This document shows, one piece after another, positions 45,221 through 51,712 of a stretch of DNA of 51,712 nucleotides. The position numbers and the translations under genes are program-made. Within the stretch, counting starts at the first letter, position 1; every line of letters begins with the position of its first letter. The notes beneath the pieces are model-generated. The model made no database searches and was not told where the DNA came from. It was given only the letters and a program-made list of their open reading frames with translations. Origin of the DNA: Scenedesmus sp. PABB004 (taxonomy: Eukaryota); contig JABVCE010000021.1 in NCBI GenBank assembly GCA_014905635.1, positions 682,001 to 733,712 of the forward strand, in the 5' to 3' direction.

Positions 45221-46880
45221 CACGGGCTGCGCCGCCGAGGTCGGCCGCCGGCGGCCGCGCCGCGCCGCGGGCCGCGCGCCGCCCGCGCGCGCGCCGCTCG
45301 CCGGCGCCGCGGCGCAGCGCTGCCGTGCGCCGTTTCCCCTGCCCCGCCGCCCCTGCGGAGCGGAGGTGCGCGGCTCCAACAGGCTGCCCGGCCACGGGCT
45401 GCGCCGCCGAGGTCGGCCGCCGGCGGCCGCGCCGCGCCGCGGGCCGCGGGCCGCGCGCCGCCCGCGCGCGCGCCGCTCGCCGGCGCCGCGGCGCGGCGAT
45501 GCCGTGCGCCGTTTCCCCTGCCCCGCCGCCCCTGCGGAGCGGAGGTGCGCGGCTCCAACAGGCTGCCCGGCCACGGGCTGCGCCGCCGAGGTCGGCCGCC
45601 GGCGGCCGCGCCGCGCCGCGGGCCGCGCGCCGCCCGCGCGCGCGCCGCTCGCCGGCGCCGCGGCGCGGCGATGCCGTGCGCCGTTTCCCCTGCCCCGCCG
45701 CCCCTGCGGAGCGGAGGTGCGCGGCTCCAACAGGCTGCCCGGCCACGGGCTGCGCCGCCGAGGTCGGCCGCCGGCGGCCGCGCCGCGCCGCGGGCCGCGC
45801 GCCGCCCGCGCGCGCGCCGCTCGCCGGCGCCGCGGCGCGGCGATGCCGTGCGCCGTTTCCCCTGCCCCGCCGCCCCTGCGGAGCGGAGGTGCGCGGCTCC
45901 AACAGGCTGCCCGGCCACGGGCTGCGCCGCCGAGGTCGGCCGCCGGCGGCCGCGCCGCGCCGCGGGCCGCGCGCCGCCCGCGCGCGCGCCGCTCGCCGGC
46001 GCCGCGGCGCGGCGATGCCGTGCGCCGTTTCCCCTGCCCCGCCGCCCCTGCGGAGCGGAGGTGCGCGGCTCCAACAGGCTGCCCGGCCACGGGCTGCGCC
46101 GCCGAGGTCGGCCGCCGGCGGCCGCGCCGCGCCGCGGGCCGCGCGCCGCCCGCGCGCGCGCCGCTCGCCGGCGCCGCGGCGCGGCGATGCCGTGCGCCGT
46201 TTCCCCTGCCCCGCCGCCCCTGCGGAGCGGAGGTGCGCGGCTCCAACAGGCTGCCCGGCCACGGGCTGCGCCGCCGAGGTCGGCCGCCGGCGGCCGCGCC
46301 GCGCCGCGGGCCGCGCGCCGCCGCGCGCGCGCGCCGCTCGCCGGCGCCGCGGCGCGGCGATGCCGTGCGCCGTTTCCCCTGCCCCGCCGCCCCTGCGGAG
46401 CGGAGGTGCGCGGCTCCAACAGGCTGCCCGGCCACGGGCTGCGCCGCCGAGGTCGGCCGCCGGCGGCCGCGCCGCGCCGCGGGCCGCGCGCCGCCCGCGC
46501 GCGCGCGCCGCTCGCCGGCGCCGCGGCGCGGCGATGCCGTGCGCCGTTTCCCCTGCCCCGCCGCCCCTGCGGAGCGGAGGTGCGCGGCTCCAACAGGCTG
46601 CCCGGCCACGGGCTGCGCCGCCGAGGTCGGCCGCCGGCGGCCGCGCCGCGCCGCGGGCCGCGCGCCGCCCGCGCGCGCGCCGCTCGCCGGCGCCGCGGCG
46701 CGGCGATGCCGTGCGCCGTTTCCCCTGCCCCGCCGCCCCTGCGGAGCGGAGGTGCGCGGCTCCAAAAGGCTGCCCGGCCACGGGCTGCGCCGCCGAGGTC
46801 GGCCGCCGGCGGCCGCGCCGCGCCGCGGGCCGCGCGCCGCCGCGCGCGCGCGCCGCTCGCCGGCGCCGCGGCGCGGCGAT
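45221..46880. repeat. 172-bp satellite, block 2 (~9.6 units)
   Basis: Same unit and orientation as block 1; landmarks at 45320, 45499, 45671, 45843, 46015, 46187, 46360, 46534, 46706 and 46879. Confidence 0.97.
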
Positions 46881-46998
46881 TTTTTTTTTTTTTTTTGTGT
46901 TACAATGGGTGACCAGACAAGGACCGAGGCCCAGGGGCAGCCCACTGAAAAAAAGCTCCAACGGGAAGAGCGCAGCAACCCCTCGTGAAAAACCGCGC
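46881..46998 (-). mobile_element. Extremely 5'-truncated LINE, copy 2 (~115 bp)
   Basis: T-run plus the last ~100 bp of the same LINE 3' UTR, flanked by duplicated GCGCGGCGAT (46871-46880 and 46995-47004). Confidence 0.93.
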
Positions 46999-47373
46999 GG
47001 CGATGCCGTGCGCCGTTTCCCCTGCCCCGCCGCCCCTGCGGAGCGGAGGTGCGCGGCTCCAACAGGCTGCCCGGCCACGGGCTGCGCCGCCGAGGTCGGC
47101 CGCCGGCGGCCGCGCCGCGCCGCGGGCCGCGCGCCGCCCGCGCGCGCGCCGCTCGCCGGCGCCGCGGCGCGGCGATGCCGTGCGCCGTTTCCCCTGCCCC
47201 GCCGCCCCTGCGGAGCGGAGGTGCGCGGCTCCAACAGGCTGCCCGGCCACGGGCTGCGCCGCCGAGGTCGGCCGCCGGCGGCCGCGCCGCGCCGCGGGCC
47301 GCGGGCCGCGCGCCGCCCGCGCGCGCGCCGCTCGCCGGCGCCGCGGCGCGGCGATGCCGTGCGCCGTTTCCCC
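46995..47373. repeat. 172-bp satellite, block 3 (~2.2 units)
   Basis: Landmarks at 47003, 47175 and 47354. Confidence 0.95.
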
Positions 47374-48113
47374 TTTTTTTTTTTTTTTTTTTTTTTTGTT
47401 ACAATGGGTGACCAAACAAGGACCGAGGCCCAGGGGCAGCCCACTGAAAAAAACTCCAACGGGAAGAGCGCAGCAACCCCTCGTGAAAAACCGCGCCCCG
47501 GCGCCCCCCGAGAGGGGGCACACACATCACCCAACGGCACAGCCAGAGGCCAACGCCCAACGGGCGCCCAAGGAGACCAGGTGATGCCCCGCAATCAAAG
47601 GGGCAGCAGCAGATCAGGCCGCACACCCCCTTCCGGTGCGGCGAGCCGCACCGGGCATCGGCGCAGCGAGGTGCACCGGCTCCAAGCCTCCGCGCAGAGA
47701 CCACGCGCAAACGCCATCCACGCTGGCGGCGGCAGGGGCCGGCCTCAGCGGCATCAGCCCCCGCGCCTCGCGACGACACACGCACACACCAGGGGGCAGC
47801 AGTTGGCTTTGCTGCAAAAACCCCTGAGAAAGCCGCGCACCGATGAGAAAGCCGCCCCACCGGGCAGGCAGCACGCCAAGCCGCCGCGCACGGAGCGCGT
47901 GCAGCCGCCAAACACGCCGGCGGCGCCAGGGGCCGGCCCCATCGGCTGCAGCCCCCTTGCCGCGCGACGACAAACACGCAGACACCAGCCCCGCGGCACG
48001 GGCGGACACCGCCCAACCTTGCACGCTGCAGAAGAGGCGCGACACGCATCCAGCCGGGGTCGCAGCAAGCCCGGCCGCGGACCCCCCCGGCCCCTGCAGC
48101 TAGCCGCCGCGCT

Positions 48114-48144
<31 letters not shown>

Positions 48145-51100
48145 GGGGTCCTGCGCCGCCGGCGGGGCCAGCGCCGGCGCCGCCGGCAGCGCCGGCACGC
48201 CCGCTGCGGTGAGCCGGAACTCCATTGTGAAGCGGCCCCCGTGCTGGCCCGTGCGCGCGATGACCCCTCGGTGGCACCACCGGCGTTCGAAATCTGCCTG
48301 AGTGAGCTCCTTGCCGGAGCCCGACAGCCAGGAGCGCGGCACGCCCGCCAGCGCGCGCACGTCCATCGCTGCCTTGCGCCAGTCCAGCATGACTGCGTCG
48401 CGCACCGAGTACACAAAGATGCGAACCGCCGCCACAGGCGCGTGCCCGGGCTGGCCGCCGCCGTGCCGCGCGCGCGCGGCGAGCAGGGCGCGCAGCAGCA
48501 GCAGGCGGAGGTGCGTCCAGAGCTGCTGCAGCTCCGGCGCGACGCCCGACCTGGCAAAGTCGTCCGCCAGCATCACCCTTGGCGGGGGCGGCGCGCGCGG
48601 GAAGCCCGGCTGCAGCCGCGCCCAGAGGTGAGCAAACCACTGCAGCACCGCCGCCGCCACGGGGCATCCGCCGAGGACGTGGCCGAGCGTCTCCAGCGGC
48701 GGCTGCTGCTGCGCGCGGCAGAGCGGGTGCGGGCACGCCAGCTCCGCCAGCTCCGGCGCCGCGCGCTGGTAAGAGAAGACCCTGTCGCCGCTGACGCGCA
48801 CCCCGCCGTGCAGCAGGCTCCAGCCAAAGTGTCGCAGGGCGCGCGGCATGCGCGCCTGCTGCGCGCGCGCGTAGCAGGCGGCCCAGGCGGGCGGCTCCGC
48901 GCGCTCGCCGGCGCGCGGCGGCGCAGTCGCACCAGTGAGCGGGTCGACGAGGTCGTTGGCCGCCGGCTCCTGAACCAGGGTCCTGCGCTGCTCCAGCTGC
49001 TGCTCCCGCCGCTGCTCATGCTCCTCGCGCCGCGCCGCGGCGGCAGCGGCCGCCGCCGGCCCGACGCGCTCCATGACGTGGCGCCGCGGGGGCGAGACTT
49101 TCTGCCACGCCGGCAGCCCAGGCTCCGGGTCTGGCGTCTCGGCTCGCTGCCGCTCCGCCCAGCTGCGCTTCTGGCCCGCCTCCCGCCGCGCGATGGCGCT
49201 GGCCGGGCATGCCTGGCCGTAGCCGGCGCGCCAGAGGCCCGGCACGCAGCCAACGCCGGGCGTCCAGCCCCCTGCCGGCGTGACCTCGCGCGCGCAGCGC
49301 AGCTGCAGCAGCCGCAGGGTCGCGCCGCGCACCGTAAACTGCATGACCGTGGCCGCGTGCCCGAGCCCCCACACGGAGGGGTCGACGCGGACGTCAGGCC
49401 AGAAGCCCACGAGGAACCATCGCCGCGCCCTGCTGTGCAGCTCCGGCTGCTCCGCCGGCGCCGCTGCCCCGGGCGCTCCGGCCGCCGCGCGCTGCGCGCC
49501 CGCCGCTGGCCGCGGCGCCTGCGCCGCGTCCACCACGCAGCAGTCCTCCCACCCCCCCGCCGCGACTATCTCGGGCGGGGGCTCGGCGGTGCGGAGCCTG
49601 CTGTCAGGCCCCACCTCGAAGAAGCTCGCCGCTGCCGCGCCCAGCGCCCACCGCCGTACCCACCGCACGGCGGGCGGCGGGCGGCGGCTGCGGCGGCTGC
49701 TCCACCGGCAGCGCCGCCAGCGGCTGCTGGGGCTGCTGCACCACGCCGCCGCCCGGCGACGGCGGCGCCGCGCTGGGCCGCAGCGCCTGCCAACCCGGCG
49801 CGCTCGGCCCGCTGCGCGCGAGCGCCTGCTGCCACTCACCCGGCATGACGACGCCGTCGGCGGCCGGCCGCCACGGCAGGCGCGGCGCCGCCTGCCCGAG
49901 GCTGTCGCTGCGCAGCTCCGCGGGCAGGTCCTCGAGCGACGCGATGCGCGCGCCGCCCAGGGCCGCGCCGACGCTGCAGTTGCCCACCAGGGCCTCCACC
50001 CTGATCTGCTCCACGGTCATGCTGCCGTGGGGGATCACCCGGTGCACGCCGAGAGCCGCAAACGCGCAGGCGATCGCGCCCCACCGCCACGGCAGCTGCG
50101 CCCGCAGCTCCAGCGCGGTGCCCTGCACGAGGGCGGCGGTGCCCGGCCAGGCAGCGCGCGCGCGAAGCGCGCCGCCGCGGGTGGCTTCCAGGCCGCCCCC
50201 ACCGGGTGCAGCAGCCTGGCGGCCGTCTTGGCCAGCATTGCCGTGGTGAAGGCCGCGACGTCGACCTGCGCCTCGCCGCCCATGCTCGCGGGCAGGCACG
50301 CGATGGCCGCCCGCGGAACCTGCCTGATAATGCGGTTGTCGCTCTCGCGGATGCACCAGTTGCCGACGATGTAGGCGGTGACGCGCCGCTGGATGAGGCG
50401 CAGGAGGTCGGCCGGCACCGGCACAAACTGCGCGTGCCAGCCCACGCAGGCCGCGAGCACCTGGCGCGCAACGTGCCGGCGGCCCGGCGCGCGTGAGCGC
50501 GTACCGCGACCAGTGCGCGATGCGGCAGGTGATGGTGCGCAGCCGCTCGCGGTAAAGCTGCGCCGCGTGCCGCCCGACGCCGGTGGCAGAGAGCAGCACG
50601 CCCAGGTGCCTGATCGGCGCCTGCTCTGTGTCCGGGAAGCACACGCCCGTGCTGCACTCGACCAGCTGCCCGCTGCCATCCGGCTGCAGCTGCAGCGCCG
50701 GGTGGTCGCCCAGCAGCATGCCCTTGCACTTGGCCAGGTTGAGCTGCGCGCCGCTGGCCAGGCAGAACGGCGCGACGGCGCCGTCCAGCAGCCGCTTGGC
50801 GCTCTCCACTGACGCTGCGTGCAGGGTGGTGTCGTCTGCGTGCTGGTGGCAGCAGGGCGCCGGCCCTGCGCCGCCGGGCAGCTGCAGGCTGGCAAAACCG
50901 GGCTGCCGCTGCACGCGCCGGCACATGGCCGCCAGCGGCTGCGCCGCCAGCACATACAGCAGCGGGCTGAGCGGGCTGCCCTGCGCGCAACCCGACGCCA
51001 CGCTGAACTCGCGGCTGACATGGCCGCCGTTGAAGGCGACGCGCGCCCGCGTGCCTGCGAGCAGCAGGCGGACCCAGCGCGTGGTTGCGTCGGGCAGGCC

Positions 51101-51712
51101 CATGCGCGCGAGGCACCTGAACAGCCAGCCGCGGTCGAGGCGGTCGTAGGCCTTGCAAAGTCGAGGAACAGCAGGCAGCCCGGCGCGCGCGTCTCGCGCG
51201 CGTGGTCGATCGCCTCCATGTGCATGAGCACGTTGTCGGCGATGTCCCGGCCCGGCACAAACGCCGTCTGCGTGCAGTCGACGATGGAGCCGAGCGCGGG
51301 CGCGAGCCGCTGCACGATGCCCTGGCTGCGATCTTGGTGTCTGTGTTGAGCAGCGTGATGGGGCGGTAGCTGCTGACCGCCTCGCGCGGCTGGCCGCCCT
51401 TGTGGATCAGCGTGATGAGGCCCGAGCCGCTGCGTCGCCGCGAGCTGCGGCGCGCCGGCTGCCTGGTTTGAGGTAGTGATAGTTGAAGGCTTGGACGAGC
51501 GGCTCGCCCAGCACCTCCCACAGGGCCGCGTAGGCCTCGCAGGTGAGGCCGTCGCTGCCCGGCGCCGCGCCGCGCGGTAGGCTGGCCAGCGCCGCCGTCG
51601 CCTCGGCGAACGTGAGCAGCCCCTCGGGTCCTGCCCGCGCAGGCCCGCTGCTCGGTTGCCGAGAGCTGCCGGGTCCAGCGCGTCCAGCATGCAGTCCTGC
51701 TGTTGCTGGTCG
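47374..51712 (-). mobile_element. L1-clade non-LTR retrotransposon, copy 3, runs off the window; ORF2 frameshifted as assembled
   Basis: Poly(A) tail, same 3' UTR, ORF2 stop at 48100. RT motifs LITLIHK, SYRPITLLNTDTKI, QTAFVPGRDIADN, LDF.KAYD, GCAQGSPLSPLLY, HADD and RHLGV are spread over several frames. C-terminal CCHC present. Confidence 0.95.

Noticed and set aside
34775..47373. Satellite as a CRISPR array or hammerhead/retrozyme repeat
   Set aside because: There are no unique spacers. The minus strand has GAAAC but no CTGANGA core.

Overview
Extremely GC-rich eukaryotic nuclear DNA, most likely from a chlorophyte green alga. This is an inference from ARC6, NPSN, TGTAA poly(A) signals and short GC-rich introns. 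Most long ORFs in the supplied track are shadow or repeat ORFs. Bases 1-34.7 kb are gene-dense, with about 13 mostly intron-containing genes: a Lon-N-domain protein, two hypothetical proteins, a small secreted 10-Cys protein, an Aurora-like kinase, an aldehyde dehydrogenase, ARC6, an NPSN SNARE, a tRNA-dihydrouridine synthase, a CaMKK/GRIK-like kinase with a C-terminal cNMP-binding-like domain, CCDC137-like, VPS51 and THOC5. Many of their introns use GC-AG splice sites. The CaMKK-like gene is bracketed by a ~285-bp inverted repeat. About 120 bp after the THOC5 stop, the sequence switches abruptly to a homogeneous 172-bp satellite (~27 units). The satellite hosts a young Ty1/copia element (apparently identical 363-bp LTRs, half-tRNA-iMet-type PBS, duplicated structured leader, no TSD). 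It also hosts three co-oriented copies of one L1-clade LINE: one inside the copia pol end and two in the satellite. The right third of the window looks like the edge of a centromeric or other heterochromatic domain. Exon boundaries and some start codons were called by eye.
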